A DNA stretch of 64,000 nucleotides from Octopus bimaculoides (taxonomy: Eukaryota). Below, one piece after another: positions 1 to 13,253 of this stretch. The notes under the pieces are model-generated. The model was not told where the DNA came from, searched no databases, and saw only the letters and a program-made list of their open reading frames with translations. The DNA lies in contig NC_068990.1 in assembly GCF_001194135.2 (NCBI RefSeq), forward strand, positions 72,799,465-72,863,464, written 5' to 3'. The position numbers and the translations under genes are program-made. Positions within the stretch are counted from its first letter, which is position 1, and every line of letters starts with the position of its first letter.

Positions 1-14
1 AGAATCAGGAGAGG

Positions 15-117
15 ACTGGTGATAGGAAGGGCATGCAGCTGTAGAAAATTTGCCTACATAATCTCAATCTGACCTATGAAAGTGGACATTATGATAATGA
101 AGACGATGATGATGATA
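15..117 (+). mobile_element. RTE-type LINE/SINE 3' end with (GAT)n tail
   Basis: 'ggaagggcatgcagctgtagaaaat...gaaagtggacatt' ends in gatgatgat. Related copies lie at 36618-36735 (+) and 62641-62730 (-). RTE label is from recollection of the family. Confidence 0.6.
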
Positions 118-159
118 ATTTTGTTGTTATCCAATTTGTCCCTCCTGTCTATAAATGGT

Positions 160-240
160 ACAGTGTGTCATGAAGGGGGATCTGGTGGTTATTTCTAGCA
201 TGTAAAATGGTTATGTAGAGGCTCCCTTGATAACTTATTC
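160..240 (+). mobile_element. Degenerate interspersed repeat fragment (family D, my label)
   Basis: Motif 'ggttatttctagc...tagaggctccc' recurs at about 3395-3450 and 20465-20515. Confidence 0.4.
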
Positions 241-2522
241 TTTAGCTATTTGACTGCATGGGTAATCTTAGATGTGTTGCCAACGATTGTACAATGTCTG
301 TCTATATTGCAAAACAGTTGGTGAAAATAACGGTTCACTGATGCTTTTATTATTTATTTATTTATTTATTCTTAGAAATGTTTGCAGTAACAGTGTCAAT
401 AAAGTCAACAAATTAGTTTCCATAGTCAATTAACACACTACATAAGCTAAAAGATTGTGTGAAAATTCTTTGAAGATTTTTTTTCTAAAAAAAAAAAAAC
501 CCCAAAAGATTCAGAGATTCATGTAAAATATTATTACAATTGTAAACATGAAACAATGAATATAAAGCCATATGACTATAAACAGGACTCGTTTTCATTC
601 CATGTATTTAAATATGAATAGTCTTACATGAAAATGTGTATGTTTATGCTTCTAAAACTACTAATATTTCAGAAATCAATGGAAATAATATTCACAGTGA
701 AAGATTTCTTTTAAAAAAGAACAAAGAATGAGACAAAATATATTACTTTATCAAATCTATACAAAACTGGTTTTTCAAAATTTTTCTTTTCTTTCTTTTT
801 TTTTTTTTTTTGTAGGAGAAGAAAGAATGGAAGCATAAACTTTGGTTGTCCGCTGAAAATAAAATATCCTAAAATACACCAAAGATTTTCACTTGATGTT
901 ACATGATTTTCATGTGGAAAGCAGAACTGTTAAAATTATTAAACAAATAAATAAAAAAAAAAAAATGAAAGGGACAAAAAAAAAAAATGAAATGAAATGT
1001 AAACCAGATACATAACAAAAGTAAACTATAAATCGAGCAAAGAAAATTACCAGGCAATGCGTTTCTTGATTCACTTATATTTGTAAAGATAGTGTTATTT
1101 AGTTGGGACAAAGGAAATGAAAGCTTATATGTAAATGATTTATACACTTAGTAAAATTATATTGATGGTGTATTGAGCACCATTAACAAACTTTTTCCCA
1201 TCAACACATTTGATATATAGCAGAAAATTATTACACTATAATACTAATGTAGAAGACAAGGAACTTAATGTTATAATTTTGACATATGTGCAAACAAATA
1301 TTGGATTGAAACTAATGGAAGAGGCAAGCAGAAAAAAATAGTCTGAGAATGATATAACAGACATATAAGGTGGGGGAAAAAAAAAGGAAAATATTGATGA
1401 ATGAGGTATAATTACATTATTATTTTCAGTTCAATAAAGTGGAGACTTTATGATAAATATCACTTATTCCCTTCACATAAAAATCTATTAAATGCTTATG
1501 AATAAAATAACAAAAGCTTTTTACATGAATAACTGGTTAACAATTACTATTTTGGAAAGTGCAAATTAATAATTAAATTTTTGTATAAGTAAAAGTCTAC
1601 AAGTTAAAACTGCTTAAAGATTGAATAAGCTGAGTAAACATCGATAAATTGTTTGAAACAGAAAAGAAGAGAAAACAAAAAAAAAACTTTTTGTTATATG
1701 TATTGAGTAGTGAAAAGTACTTTCTAATTTGAGAGAAATTTAGTAGAACGTCATAAAAATACACATCGAAAAGTAATGATTTATACTCTACAGCCTTTAC
1801 CAGAGTTTTATTTTCACAATGCCAAATGTGCTATGACATTAAAGTTTAGACATTAAATAAATATTTAACTCAAACATATCCGATAATTTAAAAGTAACAT
1901 GAAATATTGATATAGTATTTTATCACTGAATAAGAGATTTCCATAGAAAGAATAAAAAAACAATCAAAAAAACAAAAAAAAGCACAGAATGTTTATAAAA
2001 TTTTATAAGAAATATAAAGAGGGTGGGGTCTTCTTAAATATAGATTTTAATAAAAAAAAAAATTATTATTTTTTTTGTTTTATTTGGTATGCTTTTTAAT
2101 GTTTGTTTACGTCTTTTATATTTCCATTGGTTATTCCTATACATTACATTTAGAAGACAGTTAATGCTACATTAGCTAAAATATAAATAATATATCTTGT
2201 TTTCTGTCAAGAAATACATTAAGGTACAAATATTGTTATAAAAGGTTGAAACTTTCATTTAAAATTATAGTTTGTTAGATTCCAGCTTGAATTGATGGTT
2301 AAACTTTTTTTTTTCTTTTTAAAGGCAAACAGTACCCACAGACTTTTTTACGTTTGAGAAGATATTTTACACACACACACACACACATGTATGCTTGGAT
2401 GCACTAAGGATGCAACAATTATCCCATTCAGGTTTTAGCTCTTGTTGTTAACCATGTTAAAATCCCACCATTGCATATTCACACGGGGCTCCCGCACAGT
2501 CACATGTGTGTTATAATGTAAT

Positions 2523-2730
2523 ATCCTTTCTACAATCTTTCTACTATAGGCACAAGGCCTGATATTTTGGGGAATGGGGTAAGTCAATTACATTGACACC
2601 AGTGTTCCACTGGTACTTATTTTGTTGACCCTGAAAGGATGAAAGGTAGAGTCGACCTCAGCGGAATTTGAACTCAGAATGTAAGGACAGACAAAATGCT
2701 GCTAAGCGCCTTCTCCAGCTTGCCAGTTTT
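2523..2730 (-). mobile_element. tRNA-headed SINE, family B (my label)
   Basis: Reverse strand has a B-box-like GAGTTCAAATTCCGC and the core CCTTTCATCCTTTC...AATAAGTACCAG. Many other copies occur in the window. Confidence 0.8.
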
Positions 2731-3644
2731 AGGGTAATAATGTAATATAAAAGCCCATCATTGTATGTGTGTCTACAGTGTGTGTACTGTGAAATCCAAT
2801 AATGATTATTAGTTGTATATATGACAGGCCTCTACACTGTGTCTGTCAACTGAATTCCTCTCAGAAGGCAGAGACCAATCTATGGTACAAAGATGACACT
2901 AGCCTGAGGAACCATGCAGTGGAATTTGAACAGGAACCATTTGGTTGTGAAGCAGCAAGCTTCATAGTTGCACTGCCATGCCTGGGTGAAGTTAATGGGA
3001 ATTACGTTCACTTTGAAAATCTGCAGGTAAATAGTTAGAGGGAATAGGAAATTCTAAAGAATCAAAATTCAGGAAAAATAAACATTAGTAAGACTTTCTC
3101 AGATGCATTTTACATGAGTGAGTAGTTGTTACTATTATTTAGCTCCACATCAACCCCAATCAAACAAACCTATGATGAAAGCGTTCCAACCATGACCAAC
3201 CTGTTTTTAACCTGGGCCTACAGAACTTAAGATTCAATGTTCATCACCAGAGTAACACAGCCCTGATGCATTCCTTCCTGGCCCAGTAGCAGTGCCCAGC
3301 AAAACACAGTCTCCTGGCTCTGACCACTTCTGATACCAGGGGGGGGGGGGGTCACTGTAGAGATCTAACAGCAATATGAATCTGAATGGAGGAAAATTTG
3401 GTTGCTGTTACTTTTAGCACATTAAGCTACCAAGTTGAGGGTTCCTCAAATGGGGGTTGCAGAAAACTGAGGATCATGTAATTACCCCAACAGGTTCCTG
3501 ACAATAGTGAGATTGAGTAGTTCTAGGATTCTGCATGTCATAGATTTGTTGTTGGATGGCAGCTATTCACATTGCCACAGTCACTTTCACTTCCACCATC
3601 ATTATCATTGCCTATAAGTCAACTATTTCTATACAAGCATGGGT

Positions 3645-3800
3645 GGTACAAGAATTATTTAGGCAGTATTCTGTAGCTGGATGCCCTTCCTGTTGGCAGC
3701 CCTTATTTGGTTTTTTAAGTAAGGTATATACATTCAACTTCACTTCACAGAAAACAAGTGACACTGAAGAACTACAGGACATATTATTCATAAGGAAAGT
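3645..3800. mobile_element. Degenerate repeat, 'gctggatgcccttcc' family
   Basis: Related copy at about 62235-62410 ('ttttctacaggtagatacccttcctcacacc'). Confidence 0.45.
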
Positions 3801-3892
3801 AAATACTGTCCTTCACTTCATTTAATTAGTGATACTGCAAAGACATGAGTAAACATTTCACACATACACGCACACGCTCTCTCTCTCTCTCT

Positions 3893-4035
3893 GGGCTTCA
3901 GTACACTTTCCATCTACCAAATTTCAAACCTAAGAAATTTGCTAGCCCAAAGTTATAGTGGAAGACACTTGGCTATGGTGTTACATAATGGAATGGAACC
4001 TGAAACCAAGGGGTTATGAAGTGAACTTTAAAACC
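3893..4035 (-). mobile_element. SINE family A, old partial copy
   Basis: Diverged match to the head half of the copy at 4142-4502. Confidence 0.55.
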
Positions 4036-4141
4036 AGAGAGCCACACTTGCACCTCAAAAAAAAAAAAAAAAATCATATCTACCACTGGTGTCTTTATAT
4101 ACAGACGTATTTACAACTATTTTTAAAAATCATTTTACACC

Positions 4142-4502
4142 TTTTTTTACTCTTTTACTTTTTCAGTCATTTGACTTCGGCCATGCTGGAGCACCACCTT
4201 TAGTCGAGCAAATCGACCTCAGGACTTATTCTTTGTAAACCTAGTACTTATTCTATTGGTCTCTTTTGCCGAACCGCTAAGTTACAGGGACGTAAACACA
4301 CCAGCATCGGTTGTCAGGCGATGTTGGGGGGACAAACACAGACACACAAACACACATATATATATATACGACGGGCTTCTTTTTTAGTTTCCGTCTGCCA
4401 AATCCACTCACAAGACACTTGCCCAAAGTGCCATGTAATGGGACTGAACCTGGAACAATGTGGTTTGTAAGCAAGCTACTTACCACACAGCCACTCCTGC
4501 GC
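4142..4502 (-). mobile_element. tRNA-headed SINE, family A, full length
   Basis: Minus strand starts GCGCAGGAGTGGCTGTGTGG (A-box-like) then GGTTCAGTCCC (B-box-like), with an internal TA/TG microsatellite and a (GTAAAAGA)-type tail. At least ten related copies occur in the window. Confidence 0.85.
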
Positions 4503-5389
4503 TTACCATTTATTTCTTAATATATGCTTCAAAGCAGGTTTGGTGCTCAAACATTTAAGTTATTGAGATATTTTTTATCGAAATATTCATTTATGAAGTC
4601 ATTACAATAACTATTTTCAAAAGTAATTTATATAATTCCCAGACAGCAGAAGGTACAGGTATTCTTTTGAAAACTAAAAATTACTTCATTCTCACATATA
4701 GCCTTAGCCATGTTCCCACATGTTATTTAGAGATAATTAGCTATAAAATACAAGCAGCAATTCTTGTAAACATTTGGGTTTCTCTCATCATCCAAATCAT
4801 ATTTACAGCAAACCTAGATCAATTCTAAAATCACTTTCTAAACTCTCCTACCATACAACTTATATACAATACAGAATCTTACTCATCATAGACAGAGTGT
4901 AGATAAATGAGAATACATAGATTAATAGTCACACTTTTTTCTATTGGAACCAATTGCATGTAACAAAGAATTATGGGAACTTGCAGACAAAAGGTCAAAA
5001 GAATGTTGATCTGTTTGTTCACAGTGTAGAAAACAGCCCATCACTAAAAATTTGCTATATATATCTTCTGTCTTACTAGAGTTCTAAACATGACTGGCTA
5101 GTTTGAATATTTGACTGGTGGTCACAGGTACATATGCTGTCTCAAGTACTCTTAAATGTTTCACAGTATCAAGCTGGTAAAGGAGCAAAACGCTCACATA
5201 CAAGGTATACAGAAATGACAATTGGAAAAGCCTGCAGTTATATAGTATATAACTATTAGCTCCAATAATTCAGGGAAAAATGTTTGGATTTATGAAACCA
5301 TACAATAATATGCTTGAATTATTGAAGGAAATCGTTTATAGCTTAGGTGTTCTCCCTAACAACACTCAATCATGAAAGAGAAAGTTGCT

Positions 5390-5495
5390 ACATATTTCAA
5401 GCAGATCAAGTGAGGGTTATACAATGCCCATTATAGGGTTTAAAGTTCAGCAACTCGGAATCAATAGACCATCATACTAACCATTCAGCCACTAT
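5390..5495 (-). mobile_element. SINE family C head, old fragment
   Basis: 'aactcggaatcaata...tactaaccattcagccac' matches the reverse head of the copy at 12437-12691. Confidence 0.4.
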
Positions 5496-5619
5496 ATGAC
5501 ATTATAGAAAAAGCAAAAACCAGACACCTTCAGGAAGGTGATGATAAAAAGAATGAAGACTATTTCATTTATCTAATAGAGATGCTCTTTAAATAATCAG
5601 CTCTGGAGTGAGAGGGGGA

Positions 5620-5800
5620 AATGCAGAATGCAAGTGCTATTGGAAATGGAGCAGTAGAATAGAGCTATTTTTATTAAGAAAGAAAGCTCAACCACTACAA
5701 TCAATTTAGATATGATGTCTGCAACATGAAATGAAATTGTTCCTGATATGCTGTCAAAGATATCTTCTATTGGCAAAATGCCTAGATATCATATTCAAGA
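5620..5800 (-). pseudogene. Possible LINE RT C-terminal fossil
   Basis: Minus frame YLGILPIEDIFDSISGTISFHVADIISKL resembles the YLG...HV..I.SKL region of CR1/L2/RTE ORF2. Highly degenerate. Confidence 0.25.
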
Positions 5801-6255
5801 TAATAGGGTCAGTAGGCCATAACTTGTAACTGTTGACTAAGTGGCATAGTGCAGCCAAGAATGTTTAGTACTACAATAACATTGTTCAAAAACAATATTG
5901 GCATTGAACATTTCTCACTAACTATAATATTCACAAGACTAAAAATTTGAAAAATTATTTCTTGCTTGCTTCATACACACATACATACGTACCTACGTAC
6001 CTGTGTGTGTGTGTGTGTGTGTGTGTATGTACATATGTGTGTGTATGTGTATGTGATATACAAACATACACAAATTGATGTTGATAATTAAGTTTTAATT
6101 TAAATGACTCTCAGCCATTCTCTATGATAGCACAATGATAAATATGTACACAGTAAATTCATTTTTCAAATTTATTTTACGCATTTATAAAATATTGAGC
6201 CTGAGTATGTGAGGTTACACGATTAATGTAAAATAATAATACAATTATCTCTTAC

Positions 6256-6382
6256 CTAAGAATGAATCCAAAAGAAACACGTACTCATGCCTTTGCTAAT
6301 AGCATTAGCAACATAAACGTGAGATGAAAATAATTCATTCTCCTAAACATTTCACCTATGATCTGTAGAGGCAGAATATTTG
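6256..6382 (-). CDS. Candidate exon G (stop-containing) of an unidentified minus-strand gene
   Basis: Acceptor ttttctttattatttctccag, donor tag|gtaaga. Phase-1 frame NILPLQIIGEMFRRMNYFHLTFMLLMLLAKA* with TGA at 6287-6285, 29 nt before the donor. Confidence 0.25.
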
Positions 6383-6917
6383 CTGGAGAAATAATAAAGA
6401 AAACCCAAAACCGAGTTAGTTGTAAGGTAGGAATGTTAAGCAGCCAAATTTAGAGTTGTTAGGCTCTTTAGAGGTAGTTAATGCTTTGTCAATAAGGTGA
6501 AGACATTTACAAGTGTGAAAGCACATCTTTAATCATCCAGCAAGGATCTAATTATGAGTAGCTATAAATATAATTACACTGTACATGACTGAAATAGAAC
6601 TCCAATTCCGATGCTCATCAAATCTAGAAGCTAATGATAAAAAGTGTGAGGGGTGGGAGTAGGAGTGAGGGGGTGGCAGGGTTAGTGTAATTGATGAATG
6701 TTTGATGGCCACAGCCCACTAGTAGCTGGAACCAGCAAAAGTGTAATGTAAGCTTTTTATTTTATTTATTTATTTATTTATTTATTTATTTTTTGGACAT
6801 AATCTGACTCATTTTCAAGAATGGGGAATGTCAATTAATGGATATGTTAGAGAAAAGAAACAGTAAAATTAACGATTATTGATTTACATTTATTCAAACA
6901 TACTCAAGAACACACTA

Positions 6918-6975
6918 AGCAGGTGGTGGTGGCGGTGGTAGTGGTAGTAGTAGTAGTAATAGTAGTAGTAGTAGT
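6918..6975. repeat. (GGT)n/(AGT)n trinucleotide microsatellite
   Basis: Read directly. It explains the poly-L/poly-P ORF 6915..7130. Confidence 0.9.
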
Positions 6976-7329
6976 TTTAGCACCAGGTCATCTGGATGGG
7001 CAGGCCTATTAGCAAAAGAATTCCTGCCATGACTATTCCATTCCATATTTGTTTTTGATTTCTTATTCTTTTTCTTTTCAGGCTCAGCAGACAAATCCAA
7101 AGATTTTTCTTTCTTTTTTTTTTTTTTCAATGAAAACGAGAGAGAAATTTGGCGCTGCCATATCTATTGGTTTGAGTGATTGTACAGATTTAAGAAGAAT
7201 ATGATATTTGTGAAAGAGACAATCACAACTAACTTGAAACATAAATAAATAAATAGTGATAAATGATATCATAGCAAACTCATTGTTACAAAATGACCTT
7301 CAGTGAAATAAGAAATAAAACAGAGACTA

Positions 7330-7720
7330 ATCTTTCCAAGCAAAATGTGAAGAGACAGATATTTAGGCACCAGCTTTATGCTGTTAATTATTTCAAAACA
7401 AGTAGATATATTCCAAACAGCACAAGATGCCTGCTTCATTGATGGAGTGCTAAAATTCCATTGGATGCATCTTGTTGTATACTGGAGTATGACACCTTCA
7501 GACATCCAACGTGTGACACTGATTATTCTTGGAATCATAATCTACATATTCTAGGAGAATATTTACATGTCTGAATTTGCATAAATATAGGCATCATCAG
7601 TGAATGTAAAATAAATGTTCGTTAATGTAGCATACACAAGGTATTATATTGTCTGTACCACCACCGATGCACGACTGAAACTACTTTCATGATATCCATC
7701 AACTGCAATATTAATGTATT
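7330..7720 (-). pseudogene. Possible LINE RT core fossil
   Basis: Minus frame ...RASVVVQTI*YLVY...FTFTDDAYIYANS echoes QGSVLGP.LF..Y...FADD. Contains stops and frameshifts. Confidence 0.3.
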
Positions 7721-7769
7721 GTAGCTGTTGTAATTGAAGGAATTGATCTTAATTAGATTTCTTTATCAA

Positions 7770-7929
7770 AGGTGCAGGTGTGTCTGTGTCGTAAGAAGCT
7801 TGCTTCCTAACCACATGGTTCTGGGTTCAGTCCCACTGCATGATACCTTGGGTGTCATCTACTAAAGCCTCGGACTGACCAAAGCCTTGTGAGTGGATTT
7901 CGTAGACAGAATCTGAAAGAAGCCTGTGG

Positions 7930-7996
<67 letters not shown>

Positions 7997-8238
7997 NNNN
8001 NNNNNNATATATATATAGCTATGTGTGTGTGCCTTTGAATCTATGTATATTCTTCTATCATAGTTTGACAACTGGTGTTGGTGTGTTTATGTCCCTGTAA
8101 CTTATCACTTTGGCAAAAGTGACAATAGAATAAGTACTTGGCTTTAAAAAAATAAGTCCTGGGGTTAATTAGTTTGACTAACCCTTCGAGGTGGTGCTCC
8201 AGCATGGCTGCAGTCAAATGACTGAAACAAGTAAAAGA
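7770..8238 (+). mobile_element. SINE family A, full length (10-N gap inside the TA tract)
   Basis: Head 'ggtgcaggtgtgtctgtgtcgtaag...ggttcagtccc' and tail 'aaaagaataaaagaat'. Confidence 0.85.
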
Positions 8239-8479
8239 ATAAAAGAATGGCCAAACAAAAAAAAAATCAACATCAACACTTTGACAAATAACCTCCCACC
8301 CTTACCTCACCCTGACATACTTCTTCCTTTCATCACTTCAAGTGTTGTTTCTTTTATGATTTATATTCAGAGTTAATTTTCCAGGAAGATAAATAAGAAA
8401 ACATCAATTTTTACCAGAGTGCAGACTTCCTTAGTTACATTCAATAAGATTAATTTTGAATGGACATACTTTGAGAAGA

Positions 8480-9040
8480 CCAAAGCTTGTCCGTTCTTTG
8501 GAATCACAAAAATAAAGATAGAGAGCTTTACAATATTTGAGGACCTTTACAAAAAAAACACAATTCCCAAGCCGATGAGATTCAAGCTAGATGCAATATC
8601 AAAGTTAACGAGGATGCTGCCCATGCAAGAACAAGTTACCAAAGTTACTAATGATAAAAGGCATTGGTCAGTTCTGAGTGCATAACATCTCTTGTATAGT
8701 GGACAACCAATTATGGAAACAGAAGATACTGCTGACAATGGAAGATCAGGCCTACTACCAAATTTTCTTACCACAGACACAAGAGAAGTTGAACTCAGCA
8801 CTGCAAGAAGAACTTGTTAATATCATATTGCCGATGCTGCAAGATACTATAGGAAAATGTTCTTAATCTTTGAGACCTATTTTCATTGAGATAAACTGGT
8901 TCCTGGCTTTGCATACAATGCAGTGCTAGAGAGGAAATATGAATTGATGGCAAACCAAAAATATTTTTATTAAGAGGTGTAACCTTTCTTAGACTTTAAA
9001 TCATTATATCACATCACATTTCGAATGTAATGTAACAGCA
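8480..9040 (+). pseudogene. Probable Penelope-like element RT fossil
   Basis: Ordered fragments across frames: DAISKL; SCIVDNQLWKQKILLTMEDQAYYQ (cf. V.MD...Y..K...L.D...Y); IILPMLQDT; VTF-LDFKSLY (cf. SFDVKSLYTNIP). Frameshifted. Confidence 0.45.
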
Positions 9041-9375
9041 AGAGATATCTATAAAAGTAACATTTGAACAAAAAGATTACTTTAATCTTTACCTCCAAAA
9101 TAAGGAACCTAACAAGTTGACTATATCACCTGTCAATGGAAAAAATTATACATGAACAACAATTGCTCCTGAACTGTCATCAACGAAATTACCTTTTCCA
9201 AGAACCAAATACAGTGCCATTCGTAAGAAGGATTGACCTGAGATAAAATTAAAACTTTTACAAGATATATTTTTAAAAGTTTCAAGACATGGGATATTGG
9301 TGTGACATTCACATAAATGTCAAAGCCAACAGTTCCTGAGTAATTGTTGGGGCAAAAATAAAAAAAAAAATCATT

Positions 9376-9469
9376 GTGTGACATCTTGGGCAAGTGTCTT
9401 CTACTATAGCCTCAAGCCAAACTAAGCCTTGTGTTTGGATTTGGTAGTCAGAAACTGAGAGAAACCCAT

Positions 9470-9505
<36 letters not shown>

Positions 9506-9727
9506 CGTGCATGCGCGTTTGTGCTTGTCCTCCACCACCACTTGGCAACTGGTGTGGGTGTGACTACATCCCTGTAACTTGGTGGTTCAGCAAACGAGAT
9601 CGATAGAATAAGTATCAGGCTTAGAAAGAAAATAAGTACTGGGGCGATTAGTTCGACTAAATTTCCTCAAGGTGGTGTTCCAGCATGGCCACAGTCTAAT
9701 GACTGAAACAAGTGAAAGAATAAAAGA
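9376..9727 (+). mobile_element. SINE family A, 5'-truncated
   Basis: Runs from 'cttgggcaagtgtcttctactatagcc' through the tail 'aagaataaaagaac'. Confidence 0.8.
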
Positions 9728-10913
9728 ACACTGTTATGAAGGTCAGCTTCCAAGAAGATGTGGAGATTTAATTAAAAATCAATCAAAGAGAACATTAAAG
9801 ATAGTTGCATTGAAGCCTACACCGAAATCTATACTAGTTGCATACTTAGTTATATTACTAATGTTGTAACTACTTAGTTATTTGATGTTTTGAAAATATT
9901 GATATCTAGCACAGGTATAAATCCACAAAATTGGGAAGGATCCAGTATGTAACTGATACTTGTTTATAAGTTTTAGAAAGATGAAATCAAATTTTATCTT
10001 AGCAACATTTCAAGTCAGAATATAAAGTGATGTGTGGTGCAAATGAATTATCACAATGTACTTCATCCACATCTCTAAGGATTCTGATAATGTGCTGCCC
10101 TAAAGTAATATCATTGAAGAGCTGAGCTTTGCAGGCTAAGAGACCAGCTAACAGGTTTCCAATTCATTCTGTTAGCACAACAGGGAAAGAAAGCAAAGCA
10201 AAGATATTCTCAAATTCAACATGTAGTTTTACACTTATTTCGTTATAGAGTTATCCCAATGATATAGCTTTGTTTCTTAGTTTGAAATCAGTTTGTAAAA
10301 ATAAACCCAAAGAATTAAAATAAGAGAGCATGTGTACATGTTAACACACACACACAGAATATAAACCAATAGATTTATTGATTATCACCAATATAATCTA
10401 AAATTGCCCTTCTCATTTTTGAGTTTTCCAAGGTATCAGAAGTTTGTTATATTTTTAATATTCATTTTCGTTTTGTCTCCTAATATTTTAGAGAAATTAA
10501 TTAAAATGAAGTTCAATTTCATTGTATCAATACCAAGTTGGTTATTCTAATGTTCAGCAGCATTTCTACACCCACCTGCCCCCTTCTTTCTCTTTCACCA
10601 AGGCACATCAACCCACATTAAATTTAACCTATTTTTCTTACTGCATCCAGGGACATAGAACTGAAGTTAACATTTAAGCAAGCTGACTCTAGCCATTCAT
10701 TGCAATCATATATCTAATTACTGGTTCCTTAATTGACAGCTCCATAGCTAAAATTTTAACAAACTCATTTCATACTTATTTAATAAATATTGTTTGATTA
10801 AATTTGATTATAGTAACAACAATGGATCTCCGTCAGTTTCAGTAATGAGTATTTAGTAGTCCAATTAATTGAACTACCTGATTTATTGAATTAGCTTGAA
10901 AGTGGTTGAATAT

Positions 10914-10945
<32 letters not shown>

Positions 10946-11159
10946 TATACACATGATAAAGTGTGATAAAGGTGAACCTTTAAATTACAAGTACAACCAA
11001 TCTGATAGGTTTCCACAACTTCCGTCTGAAGCTAGGACAAAAGGCACTTGCCCCAAGGGATCAAACCTGGGACCCTACAATTACAAAGTGAAATTCTCAA
11101 ACAGATCATGCTGGTCATTGTTATCCTTCTAAAGACAAATCAATTGAAATCCTCATGCA

Positions 11160-11418
11160 ATAGTAATAATAATAATAATAATAATAATGATAATAATAAT
11201 GGTTTCAAATTTTGGTACAAAGCCAGCAGTCTTAAAGAAGCAGGTAAATCAATTACATCCCTGCATCCATGCTTGATTGGTACTTATTTCACAGGCCCCA
11301 TAAGTAAAGCTGATCTCAGCAGCATTTGAACTCAGAATGTAAAGAACCCATCAGAAGAAATGCCATTTAGCATTTTTGGCTAATTCTGCCAGCTCATCAC
11401 CTTAACACCTTAATATAA

Positions 11419-11473
<55 letters not shown>

Positions 11474-11596
11474 CATAATCTTTTCTACTCTAGGCACAAA
11501 GCCCGAAATTTTTGATTAGATCGACCCCTGTACACAGCTGGTACTTAATTTATCAACCCTGAAAGGATGAAAGGCAAAGTTGACCTCAGCGGAATT

Positions 11597-11633
<37 letters not shown>

Positions 11634-11895
11634 TAATCCTTTCTATTATAGTCACAAGACTTGGAATTTGTGGGGAGGGGGTAAGTTGATCCCATTGACC
11701 CCAGTACGTGATTGGAACTTACTTTATTGACCCCAAAAGGATGAAAGACAAAATCAACCTCAGTGGAATTTGAACTCAGAATGTAAGGATGGAAGATATG
11801 TCACTAAGCATTTGAACTCAGGTCATAAAGACAGATGAAATGCTGCTAAGGATTTTTCCTGGCATGCTAACAATTCTGCCAGCTCACTGCCTTCG

Positions 11896-11937
<42 letters not shown>

Positions 11938-11940
11938 CAA
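11160..11940 (-). mobile_element. Three stacked SINE family B copies separated by (TAA)n tracts
   Basis: Copies at about 11205-11410, 11478-11600 and 11636-11895, with (AAT)n at about 11161, 11420, 11600 and 11897. Confidence 0.8.
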
Positions 11941-12244
11941 CAGGGTCACTGATATACTACTGAAATGGTTAGACAAGAATCAGTCATTAACATATACCAT
12001 TCTTTTCCAAGGAAAGTATAGGAGAATAAAAGTATATAAAGCAGAAGATTAAGAATGAGACGATAGAGATTGAATAATTAACTTTAACCTAATTGCTGCT
12101 GTGTTAGAGACTATCGATATTTACCTCAACCCTACAGACCAGAGCTAATCTGGATCAACAAGGAGTTCAAGCTGAGAGCACGAGATTTGATGTTAAATGA
12201 GTTATCAGTCTGTCACAGTATTAACACCACAACCCACTCCCCAG

Positions 12245-12395
12245 ATGCCAATGAAATGCATTTTCAGCTGAGTGTACTGGAGCAACATGAAATGAAGTAT
12301 CTTGCTTAAGGATATACAACATGCTGCCTCATCCAGAAACTGAATCCACAACCAAATGATTTTGAGCCCAACACACTAACCATTGGGCCATATGC
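12245..12395 (-). mobile_element. SINE family C, older copy
   Basis: 'cagctgagtgtactggagcaacatgaaatgaagtatcttgct...cactaaccattgggcc'. Confidence 0.65.
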
Positions 12396-12436
12396 TCTCT
12401 CTACTGATAATCTTTATGATAATGGAGAAAAAAAAT

Positions 12437-12691
12437 AATAAATGTGCCCTTTTAAAGCCTAGCCAGGCTCATGGGCCCGGTTTCCCAGTTTCAATGGCAT
12501 ATGTGTTCCCCAGCTGGACGGGATGCCAGTCCATCGCAGCGTTACTCATTTTTGCCAGCTAACTGGACTAGAACAACGTGAAATGAAGTGTCTTGCTCAA
12601 GAACACAACGCGTCGCCCGGTCCAGGAATCGAAACCACAATCTTATGATCATGACGCTGACACCCTAACCACTAAGCCACGCGCCTCCACA
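12437..12691 (-). mobile_element. tRNA-headed SINE family C, apparently young full copy
   Basis: Minus head GTGGAGGCGCGTGGCTTAGTGGTTAGGG with B-box GGTTTCGATTCCTGG. CpGs are retained. Confidence 0.8.
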
Positions 12692-12745
12692 AAATGTTTT
12701 ACTCAAGAGCTCAACACATAGCCCAGCCTAGGAATCGAGCTTACA

Positions 12746-13253
12746 NNNNNNNNNNNNNNNNNNNNNNNNNNNNNNNNNNNNNNNNNNNNNNNNNNNNNNN
12801 NNNNNNNNNNNNNNNNNNNNNNNNNNNNNNNNNNNNNNNNNNNNNNNNNNNNNNNNNNNNNNNNNNNNNNNNNNNNNNNNNNNNNNNNNNNNNNNNNNNN
12901 NNNNNNNNNNNNNNNNNNNNNNNNNNNNNNNNNNNNNNNNNNNNNNNNNNNNNNNNNNNNNNNNNNNNNNNNNNNNNNNNNNNNNNNNNNNNNNNNNNNN
13001 NNNNNNNNNNNNNNNNNNNNNNNNNNNNNNNNNNNNNNNNNNNNNNNNNNNNNNNNNNNNNNNNNNNNNNNNNNNNNNNNNNNNNNNNNNNNNNNNNNNN
13101 NNNNNNNNNNNNNNNNNNNNNNNNNNNNNNNNNNNNNNNNNNNNNNNNNNNNNNNNNNNNNNNNNNNNNNNNNNNNNNNNNNNNNNNNNNNNNNNNNNNN
13201 NNNNNNNNNNNNNNNNNNNNNNNNNNNNNNNNNNNNNNNNNNNNNNNNNNNNN
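12746..13253. other. Assembly gap (N)
   Basis: N run. Other gaps lie at 7997-8006, 25023-25243, 35133-35142, 36045-36054 and 51542-52428. Confidence 1.

Noticed and set aside
4440-4502. tRNA genes at SINE heads
   Set aside because: A/B-box-like motifs only. No complete cloverleaf, and they continue into SINE bodies.
6915-7160. MAAP-starting minus-strand ORF and poly-Leu/Pro ORF
   Set aside because: They depend on a poly-A run and a trinucleotide microsatellite. No homology recognised.
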